A stretch of 60,000 nucleotides of DNA from Mobula hypostoma. Lineage: Eukaryota. Shown piece after piece: positions 1-11,562 of this stretch; the stretch's first letter is position 1; each line of letters opens with the position of its first letter. Where the stretch lies: NCBI RefSeq assembly GCF_963921235.1, contig NC_086097.1:163248001-163308000 (forward strand), given 5' to 3'. The position numbers were made by a program, and so were the translations under genes. The notes under the pieces are model-generated. The model ran no database searches. It was not told where the DNA came from and saw nothing but the letters and a program-made list of their open reading frames with translations.

Positions 1-1056
1 ATGGAGAGATTGTCTACTGAGTCTCTGTGGGTGGAAGTTAGGAACAGGAAGGGGTCAATAACTCTACTGGGTGTTTTTTATAGACCACCCGATAGTAACA
101 GGGACACCGAGGAGGAGACAGGGAGACAGATTCTGGAATGGTGCAATAATAACAGGGTTGTTGTGATGGGAGATTTTAATTTCCCCAATATTGATTGCTA
201 TCTCCCCAGAGCAAGGGGTTTAGATGGGGTGGACTTTATTAGGTGTGTTCAGGAAGGTTTTCTGACACAGTATGTAGATAAGCCTGCAAGAGGAAGTGGA
301 TGAGGAATTGGAAGGATGGGTTAGTAAATTTGCTGATGACACCAAGGTTGGGGGCATTGTGGATAGTGTGGAGGGCTGTCAGAGGTTACAGCGGAACATT
401 GATTAGATGCAAAACTGATTTGAGAAGTTGCGGATGGAGTTCAACCTACATAAGTGTGAGGTGGTTCATTTTGGTAGGTCAAATATGATGGCAGAATATA
501 GTATGAATGGCAAGTCTCTTGGCAGTGTGGAGGATCAGAGAGATCTTGGAATCTGGATCCATAGAACACTCAAAGTTTCTGTGCAGGTTGACTCTGTGGT
601 TAAGAAAGCATATGGTGCATTGGCCTTCATCAACTGTGGGATTTTCAAGAGCCAAGAGGTAATGTTACAACTATACAGGACCTTGGTCAGACCCCACTTG
701 GAGTACTGTGCTCAGTTCTGGTCACCTCACTATAGGAAGGATGTGGAAACTATAGAAAGGGTGCAGAGGAGATTTACAAGGGTGTTGTCTGGGTTGGGGA
801 GCATGCCTTTTGAGAATAGGTTGAGTGAACTTGGCCTTTTCTCTTTGGAGTGATGGAGAATGAGAGGTGTATAGAGCTGTATAAGATGATAAGAGGCACT
901 GATCGTGTGGATAGTCAGAAGCTTTTTTCCTAGGGCTGAAGTGGCTGACACGAGAGAGCTGTTTTAAGGTGCTTGGAAGAAAGTACAGAAGAGATGTCAG
1001 GGGTAAGTTTTTTATGCAGAGAGTGGTGAGTGGGTGGAACGGGCTGCCTGCGATGG
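1..1056 (+). mobile_element. CR1 LINE fragment (AP endonuclease part joined to RT C-terminus by an internal deletion); continues at 2748-2910
   Basis: ORF 1-303 has APE motifs (GVFYRPP, VVMGDFNFP). From ~290 the sequence jumps to FADDTK and RPHLEYCAQFWSP, matching the CR1 copy at 23690+. Confidence 0.92.
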
Positions 1057-1225
1057 TGTCATGGTCCGGTCCGTGAAGTCTGCATTCTGGTTCACGGTTC
1101 GGTCAGTGGACTCAAGACTCCGGGTCTTCCAGCTGTCCCTCGTTTGATTGAGTTAAGTATAGGCACCTGATTCCCATCTTGCAGCTTTGAACATAAGTAG
1201 CCTTGGGATTAAGTGTGGGCTGCTG

Positions 1226-1692
1226 AGGCATTGTGCATTAAACAAAACATTGAAAATGATAGGGAAACACCAGACAGGATTGTGTGAGGAATGTCAGGAA
1301 GAGGAGTCAGTAGAACATGTAGTTCTGAGTTGCAGGAAGTATGGGATACAGAGAGAGATGATGAGAAATAAATTAAGGGAGTTGGGGATGCAGGAATTCA
1401 CATTAAAAGGGTTGTTGGGCATGGGTGAGAGAGCACAAGTCCGGGTATTTTTAGCGTTTTTAAGGGGTACAGGGGTTTTTTATAGAATATGACGAATAAA
1501 CAGGAATAGGATACTAGGATGGTCAAAGATGGGAGGGTGAAGTGTAGGTTTGTATATATATATATGTGTGTGTGTGTGTGATTGGGTGAAGGGATTTAGA
1601 ATGTATGTCTAGTGCACATTCTGGAGCAGAGGGTGGCGGTAATGTACCATTAAGCTGGATGCCAACCGCCGTAAAACAAGATACAGACAGAC
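1226..1692 (+). mobile_element. Nimb/I-clade LINE 3' end inserted in the solo LTR
   Basis: C-terminal zinc knuckle CEECQEEESVEHVVLSC; 3' end GGTGGCGGTAATG...CCAACCGCCGTAAAAC plus (GACA)n; 14-bp TSD AGTGTGGGCTGCTG at 1212-1225 and 1693-1706. Confidence 0.8.
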
Positions 1693-2341
1693 AGTGTGGG
1701 CTGCTGGTTTGTCTTGTCAGTCCTCCTTGGGGCTACCTGCTGTTGGAAGGCTAGTGAAACTATTTGAGATCTTTAGGCCTGGTTGGAGGACTACTGCTTC
1801 ATGGAGCCTTGTTGCCACTTGTTGGAGTAGTCTTTGTGGTATGGATACAGCTGTTTCCTGGGCCAGCTGAGTGGCTGCTAGCCACTCTGAGCTAGGTAGG
1901 AAACTGGCTGTTTCTGTAGCCAGCTGAGGTTGCTGGCTGAACTGAGACTCGGAGCTTCCCTGGAGCAGGGATGGAACTGTCTGTTGTTCTTTTGTGTTTG
2001 TCTCTTTTTGTCCTCGCCTCTGTGGGGTAAGTCAGGCTGTTCTGCTGTTGCCCTGCAGGGGGACATGTCTTGTCTTGTCTTTGCCTCTGTTGGGTAAGTC
2101 TGGCTGTTCTGCTGTTACCCAACAGGTGGACCTGTCCCACCTTGGTATGGAGAGGTTGAGTCCTGACTTGTCTAAGTATAAGTCCTGGCTCTGTCTGTGT
2201 ACTGTCCTGTCTCATGTTGGTGTTGTGTTAACGATGAGTCCTGGCTTTTAGAAGGATAAGTCCTGGCTCTGTGTTAATGTTCAGTTCCCAGTCAGTCTCT
2301 CTGCTCCAACCTCTGAGTTATCAGCCTCTGCATTTCAAGAC

Positions 2342-2424
2342 GAGGATCCCGCAGCCGCACTCGAAGGCCCCCAGCCTCAAGGATCCCGCAGCCGCGCTCG
2401 AAGGCCCCCAGCCTCGAGGATCCC
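2342..2424 (+). repeat. 37-bp tandem repeat (~2.2 copies) within LTR
   Basis: GAGGATCCCGCAGCCGCACTCGAAGGCCCCCAGCCTC repeated near-perfectly. Confidence 0.9.
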
Positions 2425-2747
2425 AAGCTCAGGCCTCTAGACCCCAGACACGTCCTGTCCTGAAGCCATGTCATGTCCTTGTCTGGTTCCGGGGTCCGAG
2501 CCTGAGGCAAGACCCAGGTTTTGGGTCCTTGTCCAGTCTCAGGCTCGGAGTCCAAGCCTTGTCTCCTAGTCCATGACTCTTAGTTCTGGTCCCACTTTTC
2601 CTAGCCCAAGACTGCGTTCTTGTCTGCATTCTTGTCTCTGCTCCTTACCTGAATCCTGTCATGTCCCCACTCTAGTCAAGTCCCGTTCCTTGTACTTCAG
2701 TGTCTCTGTCTCGCATTTGGGTCCGTTCCCAGCAACCCATTGTGACA

Positions 2748-2910
2748 GATAGTGTTGGAGGCAGATACAACAGGGTGTTTTAAGAGACTCCTGGATAGGT
2801 ACATGGAGCTTAGGAAAACAGGGGGCTGTGGGTAACCCTAGGTAATTTCTTAAGTACATGTTTGGCACAGCATTTTTCTGTAGTTTTTCTATGTTTCATG
2901 TTTCTATGTT
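2748..2910 (+). mobile_element. CR1 3' UTR and (TTTCTATG)n tail
   Basis: Matches the 3' end of the CR1 at 24450-24629. Confidence 0.85.
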
Positions 2911-4229
2911 ACTCAGGTAGGTAACACGATTTGCAGAGATGAGCTGGACCAAAAGGCCATTCCATGCTCTATAGCTCTAAGACCCTATGACTAAACATTA
3001 AGTGTCATCAAAATTCCAAACTTCTATATTATTGTTCTCCAGATATTTTATTATGCACCACAATTGTCAATAGGAATTTTCCCTGTTCAATGTAAGTCTG
3101 CTGATAAAGTTCCTTAAAATTGTTACTTGAATAACAGCTTTACATAGTTTCTTATGTAGGTCAATGTGATAAATAACAACTTAATTTTAATTACCTTATT
3201 CAAGGATCACCACATTGATATAGTCTTTAAGGGTCTTCATCAACTAAAGGGTCCATTCCAAGGCTGTTTTCTGAAGGAACTAAATTCATGATGATTTTGA
3301 TAAATAAAGTAGGATAATTGGATTGAATGTTGCATTTATTATTGGATCCCCAAAAAGTTGTGTTGTGACATGGACCTGAAAATAACATCTGATGTCCGAA
3401 GACTTGCCCTCCCCAATTCATCAAAAGCATCCCAAACTGTGAAGTAAGCTTCCACACAATTGCATATAGGCACAGATGCATTCCTCTACTACTTCTCCCA
3501 TTTAATCTTCAGCATCTTTATCAGTAATCAGTAATGGATGACCTCACATTTTACCAAGTTATGTGCCATGGCTAATCTTTTAATTCATCCCCAACCCCTG
3601 TAACCTCTTGATATCCTGCCCACAACTCATCAGCAAATACCTCATACTCTCATCCAAATCATTAATACAGGATATGAATATCTGGGGCCAAAGCATCAAT
3701 CTCTATGGCGCACACACCCAATTGAAAGTGACCCATTTTTTCCTACCTTTTGATTTCAGCTTTAAGTCAACATACTACCCCCAAACTGTGCCCTTTAATT
3801 TTCATCAATATCTTAGGCAGCACCACATCAAAGGTCTTCTGAAAGTCCAAATGCACCACAGAAAATGGCTAATACTCATCTATTATTTTGTGGTTACAAC
3901 TACAAACATCTTGTCAAACATGACCTCCCTTTTGTAAATCCATGAAGACTCTGCCCAAGCCTATCATTATTTTCTAAGTGCATTGTCACCACTTGCACTT
4001 AGAAACTACCAATGTCAAGCTGACTAGTCAATGGTTCTTTTACGTCTCTGCCTCTTCCTTAAATAATGGGGTTACATTTTTTGCCTTTCAATCTGCGGGA
4101 ACTGTTCCAGAAATTCTGAAAGATGATAAACAGGGTATCTGCTCACTATTATCATTTCCCATTAATTTCTTGTTTATCATTTGCCTCTTTACTGAAAAAG
4201 TCCCTTTGCGGGGTACCTACCCTGAAGAA

Positions 4230-4650
4230 ATTTAGATCCTTTCCGTGATTGGAGTTCAGTGAGACTCCCTCAGTGCTCCCCATCTGTGATCTCTACTGCT
4301 CTAATACTCTTTGACCATGTGCTCACCCAGACTCACTACCACAGCCACATGTATCACCTGTCCTCCTCGCCCCCACCTTCTTATTAGTTTCTGCACCCTT
4401 TTCAGTCCTGATGAAGGGTCTCAGCCCAGAATCTCAAATGTTTATTTTCCTCCATAGATGCTGCCTGACATGCTGAGTTCCTCCAGCATTCGGGTCTCGG
4501 CCCGAAGTATCGACTGTACCTCTTCCTACAGATGCTGACTGGCCTGCTGTGTTCAGTATTTTTTGTGTGTGTTGCTTGAATTTCCAGCATCTGCAGATTT
4601 CCTTGTGTTTGCATTTTTAAATCCTCCAGCATTGTGTGCATTGCTCAAAA
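4230..4650 (+). mobile_element. Penelope-like terminal (pLTR) fragments, two nested
   Basis: CAGTCCTGATGAAGGGTCTCAGCCC and GATGCTGCCTGAC...CCAGCATCTGCAGATT motifs shared with the GIY-YIG-bearing copy at 34908-35630. Confidence 0.7.
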
Positions 4651-7254
4651 TTTCACTGGTTCAGTTTTTTATTTCTTTGAAAGTTATGTATTCATTCTTT
4701 ATATACTAGCCATTATAGTTTTGCTGTTATACCCATTCTACCATAGCTAATTTACACCTCATGCTTTCATAGTCTGCTTCAAGGTCAGATTTAAGTCTTT
4801 GGTTTCAATTTCAAATAAATCAATTTTAATTTTTATGTAAAATTCTGTCATATTACAATAACAATCCTCTAATGGTACCTTAGCCATGAGCTCATTAATT
4901 AATTGTTATATTATTGGATCTAAAATAGCCTGTTCCTTCATTGGCTCCTCAGCACGCTGAAGCAGAAAACTATCCCACTAGACAATAAATATATCTGCAA
5001 CTTGTAACTTCATAAACGAACTGAAAAAAAAAACGGGAGACCAGGATAAATGTGTACTGTTCATTTTGACTTTTAGTGGAGTGCGCAGATATGACATAGT
5101 GATGTAATGACGTATGCCATTCACGTACATTTACATATAACCTGTATTGAATTATTTAAACAAAAAAGAATGCTTAATCAAACAATACATTTACAATATT
5201 ACTGAAATATTAAATGCACGACGGTACCTTTCCCGTATTCTTGTCAATTTAATTTTCCCTGCCTATCTGTAGATTATTGCATTACCCTTGCTAAATGTGT
5301 CTCTTGAATTATACCAAGCCTGCATACTCACTACTGTCTAGGGGCCTATAATCAACTCCCACCAATGTTCTGCTGTTTCTTAGCTCCGACCAAATTAATT
5401 TAACTTGATGATTTTCTGAACTACTCTCTGCTATCTTTATCCAATTATTTAATATGACTATTCCATTTTGTTTTCATTTTTTCATTATCTTTAAGTATTT
5501 TGGAATATTTAATTCCCAGCCTTGATCACTTTGCAACCACTTTTCTGTTCTTAGATCATGTTTTATATTTGTTTATGTCATTAATTAATCTGTCTTGTTA
5601 TCAATGCCCAATGCAGTAAGATAAAGAACTTTCAATTTTGCCCTTTTCTGTTTTTTTCCTGCTTTGACTATAATTGGGTGTATATCCATGTATTTTAATG
5701 TTTTTTTCCCCTTTCTAACAGACTCTGGTTATCAGTTGGCTACTCTGCATTCTGACAACTTTGTCCTTTTCATTTAACTTGGTAAATATCTGCTCCTCAG
5801 GACTTATCTTAATTTCCAATTATTCAGCCTTTTCTGTAGTCCTAGTTACTTATTCCTGTTTTTATAGAGCAATCCAGAAAGTTTTACTTTTGACTCCTTT
5901 TTTTTTGTTTGTTTCATGAAAATGATTGTTTCACAGACACTATTGATATGGAGTTTTTTATTTTGGGCTTACTAAACGTTGATTTCCAAGTTCTGAGATT
6001 GAAATAAATCATGGCTGAATGAGCTATGTGTCTGGATACAGGTTCAGTAGGTTGCTATTGTAGCTCACTACGTTGCTGTCTCTGATATGTCAAATATTGT
6101 TCCCGAGATTCCATATTAAATTACAATTGATATCAGAGCTTGATAGCTATGAAGCTGTACTGAACCACAGCACTAGAGCATCAGTGACTTACAGCTCTAC
6201 TACTATTCATACTTCAGAGTCAAGCTATGTCCAACTTTGACATCTGTTGGTTTCTACTACTTAATGTGGTTTATCATTGAGTTTGCAATGATTGCAAGAG
6301 ATAAATTTAATGAGGATGAGATCAATCTGAAATACTTTTCACCTTGCTCCGTCATCTGATGCAACTATAAATAGGAAAAAGCGTCAGGATTCTGCTTGCT
6401 TGCTGAGGTTTCCAACCACAACTGGAGTGGATATTGAAGTTCATTTTGTGCCTGTGCTCAAATAGCTCAGTGTGTCTAAGCTCGGAAATGTCAATTGTCA
6501 ATTGAGGACATCCATCTTTCACACATCATCCTTTAGGGTAGGGGTCGCCAACCCGTCAATCTTTGAGACTTTCCCAGTCGATCCCGAAGAAAAATCAAAA
6601 ATAAATACACAAATACTGTTGTAATGTGAGCATTATAAAAGTAAGTAATACTAATTAGGATAATGGTAATATAGCAATATTTTCGCTAAAAAGCTGTTTG
6701 TAAAGAGAGATTGTTTCCGGGTTGTGGGGGTTTAGTTCCGTTCTTTCTGCCCAGTGCGCATGGGTGTAGTTCCCCCGCCATGCACCGCGTTTTCAGCGTA
6801 GCCTGTGCTGCATAGTGACCAATCAGATTAGGTAACAGTACAGACTGTCGCAAACATCAATATATGGCAGTGTCCCCAATCTCTGGGCCAGGAATTTAAA
6901 GACACCTACCTCCCAAAGAGCGCAATTTGTGCCTGGAATGTTGAGGAAATGAAATGGGGGTTGAAGGCCCAGCAATCGTTTTCCACAAAACATGCTGCTC
7001 AAAATAAGGCTGCTATTGAAGCATGATTTCGTGTAAGTCACCTTTTGGCTAAACACAAGAAGCCTTTTACAGATGGTGATTTATTCAAGGAAGCAATGGT
7101 CATTACCAAAGACTCTTTAATGACTTTAAAAACAAAAACGGCATCACAACCGCAATACATAATATACCGCTTGGCCCTGCAACAGTGACAAGGAGGGCAG
7201 GGTCACTGTAGAGTTCATGGATGGACTTGTCACTCTGTGAATATTTTTCACTAC

Positions 7255-8111
7255 TGGAGAGTCAGTGACAGCCCGTAGAGACGGCAACCAGGGCAGAACA
7301 GGCTGGCAACCCAATCTGTGTCCTCTGAGAGGAGGACCCCCACAAAAGCTACAAAGAATCTAAGGAAAAGATACCCCCGGGGTGCCCGAGAGGTGGGGAG
7401 GATGAGCACCCCAGTCGGATGGACACAACGACGTCAGACCCAGGCGATGAACAAATGACGATGAGGAAGCAGTGTGCATGTGGCAAAACCTGCAAGAACG
7501 ATCGCGGCTTGAAGATCCACCAAGCGAGGATGAAGTGTTTGGCGGGAGCAGGAGCAGCACAACGCGCAGGTATCCAACCTGGTGAGACGAAGGAGGGGCC
7601 AGGCCCGGAGTCACCTCATAGTGCCCAGAACCTCCAAGTATTGCAAACTAATCCCTCCAACATGAAGTCTAACAGGAGGCGGATCAAATGGCCTGCAGCT
7701 AACATGACTTCACTGTGGAAGCAGTTTGATGAAGATGTTAACCAAATTCTGGAGGCAACGGCAAAGGGAGGAGTTGATAGGAAGCTGCCAGTGGAGGTTT
7801 GTTGTAGGGGATTCGTAGCCCATTCTTTAGTTAGAGCCTTCAGCATTTTGGGCATCGAGGGAGAGAGGAAGAGGAGAGCCATCTGCAGTACTACCGATGC
7901 GGCAGAGAGGGCCTCAAGAGGGCTGTGGCTCAAAAGAGGGGAGCCATGGAGTCATAAGTAGCTAGCCATCTGGACACAAGCTGGGGTCTGATCAGCCCTG
8001 GCTGGGTCACGTGGAGGAGGTTGTATGATGTTGAAAGACCCAAAACACCCGATGATTCCAGGAACATCACTGAAGATGTGTCCAGAAGCATCAATAGATG
8101 TGTGTACACAG
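7255..8111 (+). mobile_element. HERO-like (R2 superfamily) non-LTR retrotransposon, internally deleted
   Basis: ORF 7419-7961 joins an N-terminal zinc finger (CACGKTCKNDRGLKIHQARMKC) to an RLE C-terminal tail (PVEVCCRGF...AERASRGLWLKR); flanked by CTAC at 7251-7254 and 8112-8115; splits the hAT transposase. Confidence 0.8.
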
Positions 8112-8522
8112 CTACAGTTCGATGAATCCCTGGATGTAATGCAAACAGCTCAGCTTGTTGTATTTGTCAGAATGGTTTTCCAGGATTTCACAACAAAGGA
8201 GGACTTCCTCACTCCTTTGCAATTAAAGGAAAGAACGAGAGGTGAGGATATTTACAATGAATTTAAAAAATGTCTGTGAAAATGACATCCCCATTCATAA
8301 ACTGGTGTCAATTACTACTAATGGGGCCGAGCAATGCGCGGTCTGTGCGTTAGTTTTATAGCACTGAAAGTCAGTGCCTACTTCGGGTCACTACTATGTG
8401 AAATTGCATTTTCACAGATGAAAATTATTAAATCTAAGTACAGGAGCTGACTTACTGACAGACACCTCTCTAGGGTTGCCAACTTTCTCCCTCCCAAATA
8501 ACGGACGAAAGTAGCAGTCAAA

Positions 8523-8949
8523 ACAACAGGAAATCTGCAGATGCTGGAAATTCAAGCAACACACATCAAAAGTTGCTGGTGAACGCAGCAGGCCAAGCAG
8601 CATCTGCAGGAAGAGGTGCAGTCGACGTTTCAGGCCGAGACCCTTCGTCAGGACTAACTGAAGGAAGAGTGAGTAAGAAATTTGAAAGTGGGTGGGGGAG
8701 ATCCACGGACCTCCTGTCCCATGATCCTTTCATATCCCTTTTGCCAATCACCTGTCCAGCTCTTGGCTCCATCCCTCCCCCTCCTGTCTTCCCCTATCAT
8801 TCCAGATCTCCCCCTCCCCCTCACTTTCAAATCTCTTACTAGCTCTTCCTTCAGTTAGTCTTGACGAAGGGTCTCGGCCTGAAACGTCGACTGTACCTCT
8901 TCCTAGAGATGCTGCCTGGCCTGCTGCGTTCACCAGCAACTTTGATGTG
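8523..8949. mobile_element. Penelope pLTR inverted-repeat insertion
   Basis: Two opposite-orientation copies of the Penelope terminus; 13-bp TSD AGTAGCAGTCAAA (8510-8522, 8950-8962). Confidence 0.85.
8619..8656 (-). ncRNA. Minimal type I hammerhead ribozyme motif (Penelope-associated)
   Basis: Minus strand TAGTC-CTGACGA-AGGGTCTCGGCCT-GAAA-CG-TC-GACTG: helix I, CUGANGA core, helix II, GAAA, minimal helix III, UC site. Confidence 0.7.
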
Positions 8950-9827
8950 AGTAGCAGTCAAATCCCGGGACATTTGCGTTTATCCCGAGAAAGACTACAG
9001 TGACCATGAAGCCTTGCGCGGGCAGCTGTGTGCGCATGCGTGATGTGCCAATTTCCCCCCCCCACACCCAACCCCACGAATCGGTTTTGGCTTAATCTTC
9101 ATTATTTCTACTATATATAGGCTGTGTATTTATCATATCATTCCTGCTTTTACTATATGTTACTGTTACTTTAGGTTTTATGTGTTATTTGGTATAATTT
9201 GGTAGGTTTTTTTGGGTCTGGGAACGCTCAATTTTTTTTCCATATAAATTAATGGTAATTGCTTCTTCGGCGTAAAGCATTTCGGCACGAAAGGTTTCAT
9301 CGGAACATGCTACCTTAGCGGGGGAAATACGGGACAGTTGGCAACCCGACACCTTACAGACTGTCTCAGACTAGCTGTCTGTAGTTATGAGCCAAATTTC
9401 AGGGAACTAACAGAAAGTATTCAGCCCCAGTCATCACACAGAGTGATGAATTTTTATTCATTTATTTTTCGTGTTGAAATAAAATTAAATAATGAAACTT
9501 AGAATTAAAGGTGTGAAGTATTGTAATATTCTTAAAGAAAGACAGCTATTGCCTGTTTGATATACTAGTTACAGTGTTTTCTTGTTTGAATTAATTTGAA
9601 AGTTTGACAAAAGTATTTTGTGTAATTCAAATACAATTCGCCCAAATAAAAGGCCTCAAATTGGAAGTACAATCTGAGCTGTGTTTTCTCTAAATGATTT
9701 AGTAGGTAGATCTTGCCTTTCACTAAGGTCGAGGTAGGTGATCTTGGGATTAAAAAGGTTGGTGACCACTACTTTAGGGTATCATAAAGTCATGAAACCA
9801 TCCAAAGTGGCCCTCAACTTTGAACAC

Positions 9828-10070
9828 GGCATGCACAATAGTGTAGCAGTTACCATAACCTTATTGGAGCACCAGCTATCTGGGTTCAATCCCACTGCTG
9901 TCTCTCAGGAATTTATACCTTCTCCCCATGACCATGTGGGTTTCCTCCGGGTGCTCCAGTTTCCTCCCACATTCCAATGACTTATGGGTTAATTGGTCAC
10001 ATGGGTGTAATTAGGTGGTATGGGCTCTTTAGTCCGGAAGAGCCTGTTTACCGTGCTATGTTTCTAAATT
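9828..10070 (+). mobile_element. tRNA-derived V-SINE (HE1-like)
   Basis: B-box-like GGGTTCAATCCC and V-domain GGGTTTCCTCCGGGTGCTCCAGTTTCCTCCCACA. Confidence 0.8.
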
Positions 10071-11562
10071 ATTATTTAGTTTATTAATAAAAATAAATAC
10101 ACTGAGATAATTTTATTCTGCTATCGTACCTAAACACTCCATCTTTAAGACAGTAACCTCTACCTACCTACAGCAATGACTGACATTCCCTCAGCTCAGC
10201 ACACGTGTTGCTGAAACCCTCAACCATCAGTAGATCCGTGGATTAATAGCGAAGAAATGAATAGATTAGCAGATATTGCAGGAGTCAAGGGATACTCTGC
10301 AAAGTGGTACTGAAGTAAAAGATCAACCTGGATCTTACTGATTGACATCTGGTGGCCCAGATGACAGACAGAAGCCACAGCTCTTTATGGTAGTTTGAGA
10401 GGCAATTTGTACCTGCTGACAAGTTGCCTATTGGGTTCGAGGGTGGCGTGAGGGCACTGGTAAAGTGACTGGAGCCATAAGCAGAGCAAGCAGCAATCAA
10501 AGAAGTGATGAGGTAGCTGGACTGCAGCTATACGCCACTGCCTTGAGAGTTCCCTTCATCAGATTATATCAGTAAGATCATTACAGAAAATGTAACAGGA
10601 ATTGGGGGCTATGTACCAAAAAATAATGCAGTCTGCAGCACTGGGCACAAACTAGCTGAATGACAGAACAGACTTTCCGAACGACCAATTGCTATTTTTC
10701 CCCTATCTTCTTAAGTTGCTGCCTTGTGCATTTGTCCTGTTTCCATTGCAAGGAGCGTTAGAGTTACAAATGTTAGGAACCAGATTAATAATGATGAGAT
10801 TGGAAAATTTGTCTTCAAGTGCCTGTAGACATCTTCTACAGAAAGAAAGAATAAAATATAGAAAGGAAAGTAAAATGAATTAATATAATGTGAAGGCAGT
10901 ACCATCACAGCATGATACCACTCAGATAGATTAAAAATAACACAAGAAATAAACAGCACATTAAAGTGCAAGTGTTGAGAAACTACTTCTTATGGTGATA
11001 GTTCTGCAATAATCACATTTTTCTTTCAATACATTTTAACATATTTTAAATAGATTTTTATTATCTATTCTCATTTTAAACTTGATTATGATTATTCCAA
11101 TCCCAACTTCAAAGATTTTATCTTTCTGTATTTCCCAGCTGGTATCTCCAACAGTTGATTTCCTTGCAAGACATTACTGAAATGTCAAAGCATAGATAGT
11201 TGACACAAACATTTTCAAAATCAGTTCAATACACAATATTGCAAATATGTGAAACTGTTACAACTGTGGGAGTATCACAGAGAAATTCTGGAAGGCAGTA
11301 TTGCAGAGACACTGGGAATCTGGTGCTGTTCCAGCCTAACCACAGGGAAATGTGCAAAGTAAGAGAAAGCAGTATCAGAAATAACAATGCAAGATGTGAA
11401 ATATTTGATGCTAGAATGAATGTTCCATCCGTATATAGCTCTAACAAAACCTAGGTACAGTCAGATATATCAGAGTTCATAAATTTCCCTTAGATAGAGT
11501 TGCAAAGAATGTGACGTTTTCCATATTGGTTAATGTGAAGTAGATGCTTTTCAGGTACCATA

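Larger units (their letters stand above)
1057..2747. mobile_element. Solo LTR (Gypsy-type) inserted in CR1
   Basis: TGTCA...TGACA termini; 5-bp TSD GATGG (1052-1056) / GATAG (2748-2752); the CR1 sequence resumes after it. Confidence 0.75.
8471..9349. mobile_element. Non-autonomous hAT (Tip100-like TIR) nested in hAT
   Basis: TIRs TAGGGTTGCCAAC / GTTGGCAACCCGA; imperfect 8-bp TSD CACCTCTC / CACCTTAC. Confidence 0.8.
6539..9771 (+). mobile_element. hAT (Charlie/SPIN/GTF2IRD2-like) DNA transposon, defective, host of nested insertions
   Basis: 15-bp TIRs TAGGGGTCGCCAACC / GGTTGGTGACCACTA; perfect 8-bp TSD CTTTAGGG (6531-6538, 9772-9779); transposase remnants FSL|QFDESLDVMQTAQLVVFVRM and LTDRH|LTDCLRLAV. 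Confidence 0.92.

Noticed and set aside
2342..2424. CRISPR-like repeat
   Set aside because: Contiguous tandem units without spacers, in eukaryotic LTR sequence.
5003..5223. Short solo LTR
   Set aside because: LTR-like composition, but the terminal CA and TSD could not be confirmed.
8020..8050. Hammerhead in the HERO 3' UTR (ATGATG...CAAAAC)
   Set aside because: Lacks an intact CUGANGA/GAAA core and the required three-helix topology.
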